From Setoptus koraiensis (Eukaryota > Animalia > Arthropoda), in contig CM106586.1 in assembly GCA_048013815.1 (NCBI GenBank), forward strand, positions 11,470,001 through 11,534,000: a stretch of 64,000 nt of DNA, read 5' to 3'. The notes under the pieces are model-generated. The model saw nothing but the letters and a program-made list of their open reading frames with translations, did no database searches and was not told where the DNA came from. Of the stretch, positions 1 through 11,360 are shown piece after piece (position 1 is the first letter of the stretch; each line of letters opens with the position of its first letter). A program made the translations under genes and the position numbers.

Positions 1-466
1 AAAAGTATTGTGCACTCACGATGCACCCAACTGCGTTCCTGGGAGATAACAGGAAACAGCGAGGGAGAGCGCTCCCGCGACATGGGAGACCACATGTGTG
101 TGTGTGTGTGTGTGTGCGTGAAGACGATCGCGGCCTTTGTTGTTGTTGTTGTGCTGCAGTATGATTATTGTCCAGCAACAACAATCATACTGCTGGCTGG
201 TCTTGCGGCTGAAATACGCACTTTTATATATTATCAACAAATTGCATCTAGCCGCAGAAAAAAAAAACCAGGAATGTCGAGATTATGACTCACACCAACA
301 AATTGTCACCACCAACTAGTAGCCTTATTATCACGCTAGACTCACCAGAAACAGAAATTGCCATTTATTCAGTGTTACTATTACATTCTCATCTTCATTA
401 CAGCTACAAATAGACGACAAACAGCCGTTGCATCTAAGAGAAAATTATCCTCCAGCTCCCACTGTC

Positions 467-1876
467 ATGGCTATTTCATCACAGAAGCGTCTGTCCTACG
501 AAAGGAAACTGGTTGCTCTGAGGAAAGGCCCCATCAACGATCATCAATTGACTATTTGGTGCGAAAAAGCCGTCAAGAGTGTGGTGAGAATATTGGGCAA
601 CAAGGTTAGCCAATTGAAACTTTTGGAGAGTTGCATCAATCTAAAGGATCCCCAAACGGACTGTGTACTCGTTCCAAAGCTGTTCAATTGTAGATTGAGA
701 ATATCGCATAGACGCGGCATGGCCAATGTGGTCTATTGTCGCCTGTGGCGCTGGCCCGACATACAGTCGCACCATCAAATTGAGTCCAGTTCCACCTGCA
801 AGAACCCGTTTGATCCTAGAACGTCCACTAGTATTTGTATAAACCCTTATCACTATGAGCGCATTCAAAAGACACAACATGTTACATTCAAGTCTCTAAT
901 ACCGCCCGATATTTCAACATCTAACGAGGATTATGACCAATCGTCGGCGTCGCCACAACAGCAACAGTGCCAACTGTTCAAGATGGCCACTTGTGCCTCT
1001 CAACTACAAGCAAAAAGATCCAGCTCCTCAGATAAAACAAGCCCACTGCCATCTGTTTCGGGCCTTGGTAATCAACATCAACATGCCAACACTGCCAACA
1101 CTCCAAGCACTCCTGCAAAACATCAGCTGGGCATAGCAAGCCTATATGACACAAACGAGGATCCTTACGCAATACCTAATCAAAATAGTCAAAATTGTCT
1201 ATCTCATTGTGCTGAGATGGAGGAAGAAGAAGAGTCGGGATGTCAACTTTTCATTGATGTACTAAGCCAGCCTGTGTATTGTGGCGGCAAGCCATTCTAT
1301 TTTGTCGATAGTAAATATTGGTGCTATATACTATATTATGAATATTCCCATAGGGTAGGCGAAAAATTTCAAACTAGATCACCCTCACTCGTTATAGATG
1401 GACACACCGGCTCGCCAAGCTCAAAAAGATTCTGTTTGGGATCGTTCGCAAATCCAAGCCGCAAAGAAGGCGTTAGCAAGGTAATAGGTCTCATAGGCAA
1501 AGGAGTCAGGTTGAATTATGTCAACGGTGATGTTTACGCCGAATGTTTGGGTGGCTCAAGTGTGTTTGTGCAAAGTTGCAATTGTAACAGACGTTACAGA
1601 TGGCATTCAGCTACTGTCATCAAGATTGAAACTGGAAATCATTTGAAAATTTTCAACACTAGAGATTTCGCACAATTAATGGCCAAAAGCATTGCTCATG
1701 GTTATGACGCAGTTCAATGGTTGTCCAAAATGTGTACAATAAGACTCAGTTTTGTTAAAGGCTGGGGTCAAGAGTACAAGAGAACCACCATATTCTCAAC
1801 ACCTTGCTGGATTGAGATTCAATTGAATGGGCCGCTCGAATGGCTAAATAAAGTACTAAGTCAAATGAGGTGCTAG
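467..1876 (+). CDS. Divergent R-SMAD (Smad2/3-like L3 loop), MH1+linker+MH2, no C-terminal SSxS
   Basis: Single-exon ORF (first ATG 467). MH1 motifs YCRLWRWPD and CINPYHYER. MH2 motifs KRFCLG, GKGVRL and CTIRLSFVKGWGQEYKRTTIFSTPCWIEIQL. Ends VLSQMRC*. Confidence 0.93.
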   Translation: MAISSQKRLSYERKLVALRKGPINDHQLTIWCEKAVKSVVRILGNKVSQLKLLESCINLKDPQTDCVLVPKLFNCRLRISHRRGMANVVYCRLWRWPDIQSHHQIESSSTCKNPFDPRTSTSICINPYHYERIQKTQHVTFKSLIPPDISTSNEDYDQSSASPQQQQCQLFKMATCASQLQAKRSSSSDKTSPLPSVSGLGNQHQHANTANTPSTPAKHQLGIASLYDTNEDPYAIPNQNSQNCLSHCAEMEEEEESGCQLFIDVLSQPVYCGGKPFYFVDSKYWCYILYYEYSHRVGEKFQTRSPSLVIDGHTGSPSSKRFCLGSFANPSRKEGVSKVIGLIGKGVRLNYVNGDVYAECLGGSSVFVQSCNCNRRYRWHSATVIKIETGNHLKIFNTRDFAQLMAKSIAHGYDAVQWLSKMCTIRLSFVKGWGQEYKRTTIFSTPCWIEIQLNGPLEWLNKVLSQMRC

Positions 1877-2577
1877 CTGTGATTGGAGGAGATTTTTTCC
1901 CTCTTCTCTACCGCAGCGGATGTCATGGCGCAAGTCGCAAGAGATATCTGCATAGTTTTAATCTGTTGCTGATATCGATTTATTTATTATAATCGCATTT
2001 CTTTGTCATACTCATAAAAAAGAAAAGAATCCCCTCGATGATTGCATCTTGGACCATGTCCTTCTCCTGTAGCGTGTCAGTAATTATAAAATCATTCAAA
2101 TAAAAGTAGACAGATTGTTAGTGCAATAATGACAATTGCGACGTCTAACGAACAAAAAACTCAAGCAACAATAGTGGTCATGCTATGAATGCTCGCAAGT
2201 TGTGCCGGTCTGAATGATAAATTGTGATTGCTCTATCAGCAATCATCGGGCAGGCTTGAAGGAATTTCGGAATGCCATATGGAGTAATGCCGATTTTTTT
2301 TTGTTGCCATGAGTTCTGGCCTCTATCTGTGCGTAGCTTCGGATTGAATGAAATCGATGGAAAGATAGCATTCTTATTATTTTTAACCATTCTATCTTCT
2401 ATTTTTGGATCGATATCTAAGTGTCTGCGATGTTTCACATACGAGACATGATCGCATGCATTCTCATCTACGAATAGAATTTTGCGAAGGCAACGCGTTC
2501 GAAAATCTGTCTAAGATAAGCGAGTAGTTTTCATTGAAATTTTTCAGCTAATCAGTGTTCAAAATACCAGCTTAGAT

Positions 2578-3876
2578 ATGATGAATAGACTTCTATCAAT
2601 GAGCTTGATTTCAAGCTTGTTTATTATATATTTTCAATTCTCACCCGCGCACTCTACCTGTTTTAGAGGTAATTGTTCTCCTGAAGAAGAAGAATGTGTA
2701 GAAAGTTTCAATCAAGTGACGAAACTAAGCCATTTGAAAGTATTTTTGAGTAAACTGGAAATCGGACTCGATAATGGATATTTCACTTCAACAGATGTCC
2801 GTAACTGTCTCGATTCAAAGAATATCGAAAGAAAGACCGTAAGTGGATTCCTATCATTAATCAAGGAGGCAGAAGAAAACAGAATCTGTTACCCCGAAAA
2901 TGTCGAGAACCTAGTTTCTCTGCAGCCATATCTTTCACAGATAAACAAGGAAAAAGGAAAACCGCGCCTCGCTCCATGGTGGGATAAGTTTGTTCGACAA
3001 ACAATTATAAAGTGCAAAAGCTCTCTCATGCAGAAATTGGATCCGATGAGGCCAGATGGACTTTTTTTCAAAGGTATTGTAAATTTAGCTGCAAATTTCC
3101 GTTGGCGGCACACACTTAATTTCATCAGGGAAGAATATTTTGAGATATCTGACGAATATCTTGCTGGAGAAGATTTCAAAGGAGCAGATTATGTTGATAG
3201 GACATCCGGGAGAATTAATGAACTATTGGATGTTGAATTATCAGAGTTTGATAATGTGAATTCGAGAAAATCCAAGCAACCAAAGTTCGATATTGAAATG
3301 AGTCGAAATGAATTTAGCCGAGTTGTTGAGATGTTCAGAGAGTGCAATTATGTCAAGTCCTACAGAGATTTCCTGTTCTACCCTGTTTTAGAACTGTCAC
3401 AATTAGGATACGATGACAGTGCTCTAAAATTAGATGATAAGATAGCTAGTTCTAGATATATACATATTTGGCTTGTGTCAATCAAAACGTGCATGCTACT
3501 GGATCATGTTAAGGTCTTGAAATTGACAGATACAATGGTGCGATTCAAGGCTGGTCTGGTTTGGGTACAAGACAATATGGATGAGCTAGGTTCAGATTTG
3601 CTTTCAACAGGAGGAGCAATAGAATATTCGCAAGCGAGGAAGTTTCTGGTGCATCCATCAGAGTTGGACGGTTTCAGAGAATTCGATGATGAACTTATAG
3701 AGAAAATCTCGCCACCAAGCAAAGATTATATTAAGTTGATGAGAAATAATGACAGATTGTCAACTGTACGCAAAAACATCAAGACCGCGGTGCATTCTAC
3801 GAGGTTCTTGAAATTGATAGCCGAATATATCAAAACAACCGATGCATTTGGAACTTCAAAGTATAACATGTGGTAA
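2578..3876 (+). CDS. Orphan secreted protein, 432 aa, N-terminal signal peptide
   Basis: Long ATG-started ORF with hydrophobic N-terminus (LLSMSLISSLFIIYFQFSPAHS) followed by Cys-containing mature region. No family recognised. A paralogous copy follows. Confidence 0.75.
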   Translation: MMNRLLSMSLISSLFIIYFQFSPAHSTCFRGNCSPEEEECVESFNQVTKLSHLKVFLSKLEIGLDNGYFTSTDVRNCLDSKNIERKTVSGFLSLIKEAEENRICYPENVENLVSLQPYLSQINKEKGKPRLAPWWDKFVRQTIIKCKSSLMQKLDPMRPDGLFFKGIVNLAANFRWRHTLNFIREEYFEISDEYLAGEDFKGADYVDRTSGRINELLDVELSEFDNVNSRKSKQPKFDIEMSRNEFSRVVEMFRECNYVKSYRDFLFYPVLELSQLGYDDSALKLDDKIASSRYIHIWLVSIKTCMLLDHVKVLKLTDTMVRFKAGLVWVQDNMDELGSDLLSTGGAIEYSQARKFLVHPSELDGFREFDDELIEKISPPSKDYIKLMRNNDRLSTVRKNIKTAVHSTRFLKLIAEYIKTTDAFGTSKYNMW

Positions 3877-4367
3877 AACTTTTTCCTGTGTAATAAACAA
3901 CAAACCGAGTAACTTTGTTGATTCGCTCTTATGTTATCGTTGTTATGCAACTAACAATCGTCCAACGATATCGACAATTCCTGTTCAATCAAACCTTTGT
4001 GATCGCCACACCAGCAATCATCGGGAGACATTGGAGGAACTATAGAATGCCATCTGGGGTCATCCCAATTTTTTCTTTATTGCTATGAGTTCTGGCTTCG
4101 AATGGTGTTTAACTTCAAATCGATTGACTGATGTTCATTGGAAATGTGCAAAAGATAGCATTCATATTACTCTCAACCATTCTATCTTCTATTTTTGGAT
4201 CGAAACCTGAATCTCCGGAATGTCTAACATACGAGACATGATGATAAGCATCGTCATTTACGGATAGAATTTTGCGAAGGCAACGCGTTCGAAAATCTGT
4301 CTAAGATAAGCGAGTAGTTTTCATTGAAATTTTTCAACTAATTAGTGTTCAAGATACCAGCTTAAAT

Positions 4368-4792
4368 ATGATGAATAGACTTCGATCAATGAGCTTAATT
4401 TCAAGCTTAGTTATTATATATTTTCAATTCTCACGCGCGCACTCCACCTGTTTCAGAGGTAAATGTTCTCCAGAAGGAAAAGAATGTGTAGAAAGTTTCA
4501 ATCAAGTGACGGAACTAAACCAGCTGAAAAAATTTTTGAATGAACTGGAAATCCATCAGAGTTGGACGGTTTCAGAGAATTCGATAATGAACTTATAGAG
4601 AAAATCTCGCCACCAAGCAAAGAAGATAACAGGTTGATGAGAGATAATGACACATTTTCATTATCTCTCCCATTGTCAACTGTTCGCAAAAACATCAAGA
4701 CCGCAGTGCATTCTACGAGGTTCTTGAAATCGATAGCCGAATATATCAAAAAAACCGATGCATTTGGAACTTCAAAGTATAACATGTGGTAA
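4368..4792 (+). pseudogene. Internally deleted, frameshifted duplicate of the 2578-3876 gene
   Basis: 5' part matches 2578-2763 and 3' part matches 3656-3876. They are joined at ATC (4551-4553), equal to an 892-bp deletion. Upstream and downstream flanks are also duplicated. Confidence 0.88.
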
Positions 4793-6177
4793 AACTGTTT
4801 CCTGTGTAATAAACAACAAACCGAGTTACTTCATTAGTTGGCTCTTATGTTATCGTTGTTATGCAACTGACAATCGTCCAACGATATCGACATATCTCTA
4901 TTGTCGGCTATGGTTAGTTGCTAAACATAGTAGGAAAGAGCATTAAAAGAGCTGTGATTGTCCTTGACCGCCCTTCTCGATATGTTGATGAAATTGGTTT
5001 ATTTATTATATTTTATTTCTTGTGACATTCAGAACGGATGAAGACTGACTCTATCCACACCCCAGCTTTGAGATACAAATGGACGCACATTGTTAGTGCA
5101 ATAATGACAATCACGACGTCTAGTGAACAGTTCGAGCAACAATAGGTGTCATATAATATGACTCATATCAACGTCTACAAGTGGTGATCCATATGATTCG
5201 TTGTTTTCCCATAACACCATTATTATTGTTTGTTTCTTCACTTCTGATACACAATGAACAGCCAGTCTTGTGATGACATGGCAGTTACTTTGGATGGTTG
5301 CTTGCTATATTTCTATATAATAGAAATTATTGATTATTTTTTATTTATATATAAAATATACTTCGGATACACTAATATACTAATATAACAACAACAATAT
5401 AAAATCTATCTGCACTTTGTGCCACTGATTCAATGTCTATGACATAGAGAGTGGCATACTATCAAAGCTCGTCAACATTGATATACATTGCCAATTCATT
5501 TGCCTACACAAAGTATCTTCACACCAGCTAATTTAAATTATCATCATATAGAAACTCATTGTATCTCGCAAATTAGCCCTGCTTCTCAGCTAATCCACAC
5601 AACCAAAGAAAGAGAGCATCAACCACACATTGGCCCAGCATGATTGATGGCAATTGACGCAAATGAGCTAAAAATTTAGTTTTGGCTTCAAACGCATCAT
5701 GCAACATATGCTTACGCTAATAAGGAGACCAGCTAAACTAAAAGAAGCACTACCATCACTACATCGTTTGGCTCAGCTTCAACTGAAATAGTATTACTCG
5801 ATTCCTCGAAGGCCTCTTACAATCATTTCAAGTGAATATATTATACGTTGATATTAGACAGTCTACTAGAGTAGCATAGATAGATAGAACTGCATATGCG
5901 CCACAGGGACTGAGTTTATTATCTATCTTATATATTCTCTATCCACTTGTACCACACCTCGTCACGCCGTCATCATTTGAAATAGTAACAAAAAGGCACA
6001 GACCTACTACACAAATGTTACTGATTCTGACTATCAAACTAACTAGGATCTAATTGAATAGGAACTGAAAAACGATCGAACCTGAACTTATGTACAATCT
6101 TTTACCATTAATAATTTATTAGATATCAATAACCGAAAAACTAGCCGAGGCAAAGAAAACAATAAAAAGCTAGAACA

Positions 6178-8122
6178 ATGTGCACAAATGGTGAGTAAAT
6201 TTTCTTCAGTATTTCGACATGAACATAAGAAGAATTAGTAACTCACACCTCAAATTGTTTCCATCTTTCAACACTCCTACACAGTGAACACATTCGCCTG
6301 TTTACCTAGAACGACCAGAGGTACTCCACTCGTTTTGGGAGGCGATCCCAAAGGGAAAAATTTTCTCTACCCCAATGGAAACAGCATAGTCATTAGGAAC
6401 ATTGAGAATCCTAGCATATGCGATATTTACACTGAGCATTCAACCCTCACTACTGTAGCTAAATACTCACCCTCAGGATTTTACATAGCTTCAGCGGATC
6501 AACATGGAAAGGTGCGCATATGGGACACTACTCAGAAGGAACATATATTAAAAAATGAATTTCAACCATTTGCTGGCACTATCAAAGATCTGGCCTGGTC
6601 AGCGGACAGTCAGAGAATAGTGGCCGTTGGTGAGGGTAGAGAGAGATTTGGCCATGTGTTCGCCATGGAAACAGGAACATCAATTGGTGAGATTGCTGGA
6701 CATAGTAAACCAATCAATTCTTGTGACTTCAAGCCGACTCGTCCATTTAGAGTTATAACTGGATCAGAGGATACATTTGTGGGTATATATGAAGGGCCTC
6801 CTTTCAAATTTAAATCACAAATACAAGATCATATTCGTTTTGTCCAAGCCGTCCGTTTCTCTCCCAACGGTGAACTATTTGCTTCTGCCGGTTTCGATGG
6901 AAAACTGTTCATCTATAACTCTACCGATTATAGCAAAGTGGCAGAATTCGGCGCCCCAGCTCACAAAGGCGGTATATATGCTTTATACTGGTCACCAGAT
7001 AGTAAACAGCTTTTGAGTGCATCAGGTGATAAAACTTGCAAAATATGGGACGCCACGACTCAAGCAATGGTTACCGAGTTCACTCTTGGTAATGACGTCC
7101 TGGATCAACAGGTCAGTTGTCTATGGCAAGAGCCCTATTTGCTTTCAGTATCTTTATCAGGATTCATCAACTACTTGGACAGAAACTCACCTAGCAAACC
7201 TATTCGTGTAGTTAAAGGGCACAACAAGTCGATAACGTCGTTTGCTGTTGCTTCGTGTGAGCCAAACAAAGGAGATGATGGTGACAAGACATTATTTAGT
7301 GGTAGTCATGACGGTTATATAACTCAGTGGACAGCACGAACTGGAGAACATGATCGTGTCGGAGGTGGAGAACATACAAATCAAGTTCAAGATATGGCAG
7401 TCTCGCAGGATGCCGTGTACACTTGTGCCTTAGATGATACCGTTAGAGCTATCGATTTAAAAACTAGACAATATTCTACCACTCAACCTCCTATTAAGTT
7501 GACCTCACAACCGAGAGGCTTAGCTGCGCTGGACAATCAAAAAACATTGGTTGTTGCACAAGTCAATAATATAGGTGTCTTTATAGATCAACAACAGAAA
7601 TCATCATTGCCCATTAAGTATGAGCCGAGCAGTGTAGACGTCCACTCATCGCATGTTCAAATAGCTGTTGGAGGCTCATCAGACAGTAAGGTTCATATTT
7701 ATTCGCTTGAAACTGGCAACTTTAATCTCAATCAGACACATGAATTGAGCCACCGAGGCGGTGTAACTGATGTCAAGTATTCTCCAGATGGAAAGTTTCT
7801 GGCAGCTTCCGATGCTAACCGTAAGATTGTGCTTTACCTAGCCAATGATAAATACAATTTGGCTCACGATATCGAATGGGGCTTCCACACAGCTAAAGTT
7901 AACTGTCTCTCTTGGGCACCTGACTCTAACCGTCTTGCTAGCGGTGGCTTGGACACAAATCTCATCATCTGGTACGCCGATAAGCCTTCCAAACACATTA
8001 TAATTAAGCATGCACACCCGCAAAGTCAGATAACCCGTGTTGCCTGGATTGATAATGAACTAGTTGTGTCTGCTGGTCAGGATGCCAACATAAAAACATG
8101 GAACGTCAAAGAGCAAGAATAA
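6178..8122 (+). CDS. WDR1: WD repeat protein 1 / actin-interacting protein 1
   Basis: Exons 6178-6190 and 6285-8122 (phase-1 intron GTGAGT..ACAG, 94 nt) give 616 aa. N-terminus FACLPRTTRGTPLVLGGDPKGKNFLYPNGNS is AIP1-typical; multiple WD repeats. Confidence 0.95.
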
Positions 8123-10146
8123 GCCTGAATGTTTGTCCCGATGAAGTTTACACTTGATAAACTAGACAGAATCATTGGACCTTTTACTTAACTAAATAAA
8201 GTTAATGTCAACTTCTCAGGTGCACGATATATGATCTGCACTTGATAGGATCAAATATCCTAGTGTCACTAAACTACAACTATCGGCTTTCCAATGTCAC
8301 CGCATGCAAATTCAGGATTTTGCTACTACGCTCTGATATTTGCCATATTCTCTCATTTGACATAGATTGATTCCTTGCATACAGTGACATCAACGAAAAA
8401 AAAAGAAGCGTACGTTTTACTGGGAGAGTTTCCAAGATTTGCCCATTTCTGGAGAAGAGCAGTTTTTTTGCCTGACAAGTCTTGACGCACTAGCCTCGAT
8501 GAAACGGATTTCTAGAGCCCTCTGATAAAAATCAAGAGCGGGGTCTCCATGATTTTGTCGGCTTGACGTGAGAGTGTATTTGAGCCTCAAACTTGGAGGC
8601 AAGGTTGCACAAAGACAACCCAAACTACAGGTTGTGCGCCAGCCTTGTTCACTAATGCATGCAGGAGCCGACTTGTGCCTAGCTATAATTAGTGGCCTGT
8701 CCAGGCACAATCACAGCAACAATTGCAGAGATCTCAGTACTGAGCGGCACAATGTTGTGAATTGTTTATGGTCGGTCTTAGGAGGCAGTGCAGTCCTTTG
8801 TTTGATGCCAATTGTTTAACTTTGTTGCACGCCGAGCTAACTTTTGGGTGCATTGGGCTGCCAGATTACACAATCGACAGTGTCACGCCGTCTAGACAGA
8901 CGGCCAGGCGCCAAAAGGGGGGGGGGGCGGATTTCTGCTGGCTTGAGCACTTGGCTCGAAGAAATGCCACACCGGCGTGATGTTATGCAACTGAAAAGTG
9001 TGGAGCCGGTGCGCTTTGAAAGTGTCTCGTGTTTCACCAATGCAGCGTGATTTCTTACGTGATTTCAAGCACCTCGAGAGCGCCGACAGGTTCTCGCCGA
9101 ACACACACACACAGGCGCGACCGGAGAGTGGCGCGTTTTGCCGCTCCGGCAAAAACATGCATCAGAGCCGGGCCAAACGGGCTCGCGGAAAGCCCGGCAT
9201 GCTGTCGGGTGTGCATGTGCGGCCCGGGCACGGGTCCGCATGCACCGCCGGATCAATCTAGAAAAAGACGGGGCAATCAGCGGGCTCAATTTGGGCAATG
9301 CTGGCAAAGTGAGCGCGTTGGGGATTTGTCGCGCTTTGCGGCCAGCGAGCCTGTGGAGCGCGAGCGGGCAAACGGGGAAAACGCTTCCGGAGGCTCACAT
9401 TTGCCGGGTGAAATCACCGAAGGGGGTTGTTTGCGGGGCGAAAGCTTTCGCCCTGAGCATGTCGCAGTGCTTGCTTGCTTGCTATAGCTGCAACTGGCAA
9501 CTGGCAGACACGGTTGCTGCAGCGGGGGCAAAGCACACGTTGTGCGCCCCTTGTTTTCTTTTGTTTGGCTGGTGCGCTGTGTATGCGCACAAAATGTAAA
9601 ATGTATACACTTTAGTGAGGCGCGACGCATCGAATACTGCGTACTGCAATGGGTGGGCACATCAAACCAGCCACTTGCCGCTGCTGATGCTACGGTGCCT
9701 TGCACAAGCGTTGGGACGAAATGCGCGTCTAGTGCCGCCACAGCACACAATGTACAGGGACGGTTAATGTGCCCAGCACAGGGCGCATGCTTGCGCTGTG
9801 TCTGGCGTGCTTCACAACGCACAAACAGCGCCATTTTACCATCTGCGCGTGTGTGCCACGCAGAGCGTTGGATGGCTGCGGATTCGCTTTGCCCGTCCTC
9901 CCGACGCAGCACATATAACATCCAATTGGCAATCGCTACCATTGCCATACTGCCGCCAGTAGCATGAGCACTAGCGACTGTACCATCGGCTAGCGCACAC
10001 ACACACACACACTCACACTCGCTAAATAGACAAACACACGCACGCACTCTGTGGCGAAGTACAGTAAGGCGTGTAAAGGAGCAAGGTAGGGCGCGTACAG
10101 AATTGTGTGCGAGCGATAGTAGCAGAGCGAGCGGGGGTAGAGGGCT

Positions 10147-10171
10147 GTTTCGCGCAAAACAGCAGTTTTCA
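10147..10171 (+). promoter_or_regulatory. 25-bp element with consensus E2F site TTTCGCGC upstream of AP-4
   Basis: GTTTCGCGCAAAACAGCAGTTTTCA; exact reverse complement at 12307-12331. Confidence 0.75.
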
Positions 10172-10483
10172 AGTGAAAATAAATGAAAATATAAATATAT
10201 TTTGTGCATTGCCATTGCAGCGTATAGAATAAAAACACAAAACAACATCATTATCCCACTAAAGGCTGACTGCTATTATTATTATCAATATTATTATTAT
10301 TACTATCAACAATATATATTATTATTGCAATTCAAAATTGGCATCACACACACACACGCATACACACGCACACACAGGGGGGATATTCTTTATCATTATT
10401 ATCATTATTATTATTATTATCATAATTATTATCACTATTATTACTATATAAATACAATTTATTATAAAAATATCTATATATGA

Positions 10484-10947
10484 ATGATGGACTCAATGGG
10501 AAACGATAAGCGTCTTAGACGCGAAATAGCCAATAGCAATGAGAGGCGCAGAATGCAAAGCATCAACGCTGGTTTCCAATCACTAAGAAGATTATTGCCC
10601 CACAATGATGGAGAAAAATTAAGCAAAGCGGCCATATTACAACATGCCGCCGAATTGATACAACAGATTGAACAGCAAAATCTACAATACAAACGTGTTA
10701 TCACCTCGATTAAAAATGGCACACCACCTTCAATTGCATTGGAGAGCATAGATGACTATCCAGCAAGCAAAAAGTTTAGGCCATCTACGTCACCTCTGCT
10801 TTCACATCAAACTAAAACAGAAGCTAACGTTACATCAGCTGTTAATCATACTGCTCCCAATACCGCTGTCATTCACACAACAGTTACTCAACAACAACAA
10901 CAACAACAACAGCAGCAACAACAGCAGCAACAACCTCAACAACAACA

Positions 10948-10982
<35 letters not shown>

Positions 10983-11287
10983 AGCAACATCAACAGCAGC
11001 AACAACAACAACAGCAACAACAACAGCAGCAGCTACAACAACTACAACAATTACAAACGACAGACCACTATTCTACAACACCTGCATCAGGACCCAGTAT
11101 CAAAACGGAAGAGGGCATATCGAGCCCCAAGAATGATAAACCCTCTGCCAAGGCGGCCATCGCATTACCGCTGGAGGTACCCTTTAACGCCGAGGCCACC
11201 GTTCAACAGCATCAGAATTTGGACACGATTTTTGAAGCTATAAAACACTTAGAAGGGGATAAATTTGGCAATGCGCTTACGGCATGA
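10484..11287 (+). CDS. TFAP4: bHLH transcription factor AP-4 (cropped-like) with polyQ
   Basis: RREIANSNERRRMQSINAGFQSLRRLLPHNDGEKLSKAAILQ is the AP-4 bHLH. C-terminal QNLDTIFEAIKHLEGD matches the conserved TIV motif. Confidence 0.93.
10889..11051 (+). repeat. CAA/CAG trinucleotide repeat encoding polyglutamine in AP-4
   Basis: Directly visible CAA/CAG run, about 50 codons mostly Gln. Confidence 0.95.
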
Positions 11288-11360
11288 TCAAATCTCTATA
11301 ACCTAATAATAAAGTATATTGTAAATCTTTTTATTGTTTAATTACTATCATCCATAAATT

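Noticed and set aside
9186-9290. RNase MRP/P P4-like pairing GGAAAGCCCGG with CGGGCTCA
   Set aside because: Lacks the conserved bulged U, and the spacing is short; other conserved regions not identifiable.
9906-9966. U6 snRNA-like words (GCAGCACATATA..AATTGG..TAGCATG)
   Set aside because: No ACAGAGA box, wrong spacing, no 5' stem-loop or poly-T terminator; likely chance.
9286-10251. 321-aa minus-strand ORF and neighbouring GC-rich ORFs
   Set aside because: Composition is driven by CA/GT repeats and GC-rich regulatory DNA; no domain.
10752-11243. Poly-Asn and poly-Leu ORFs
   Set aside because: Alternative frames or antisense of the AP-4 polyQ repeat.
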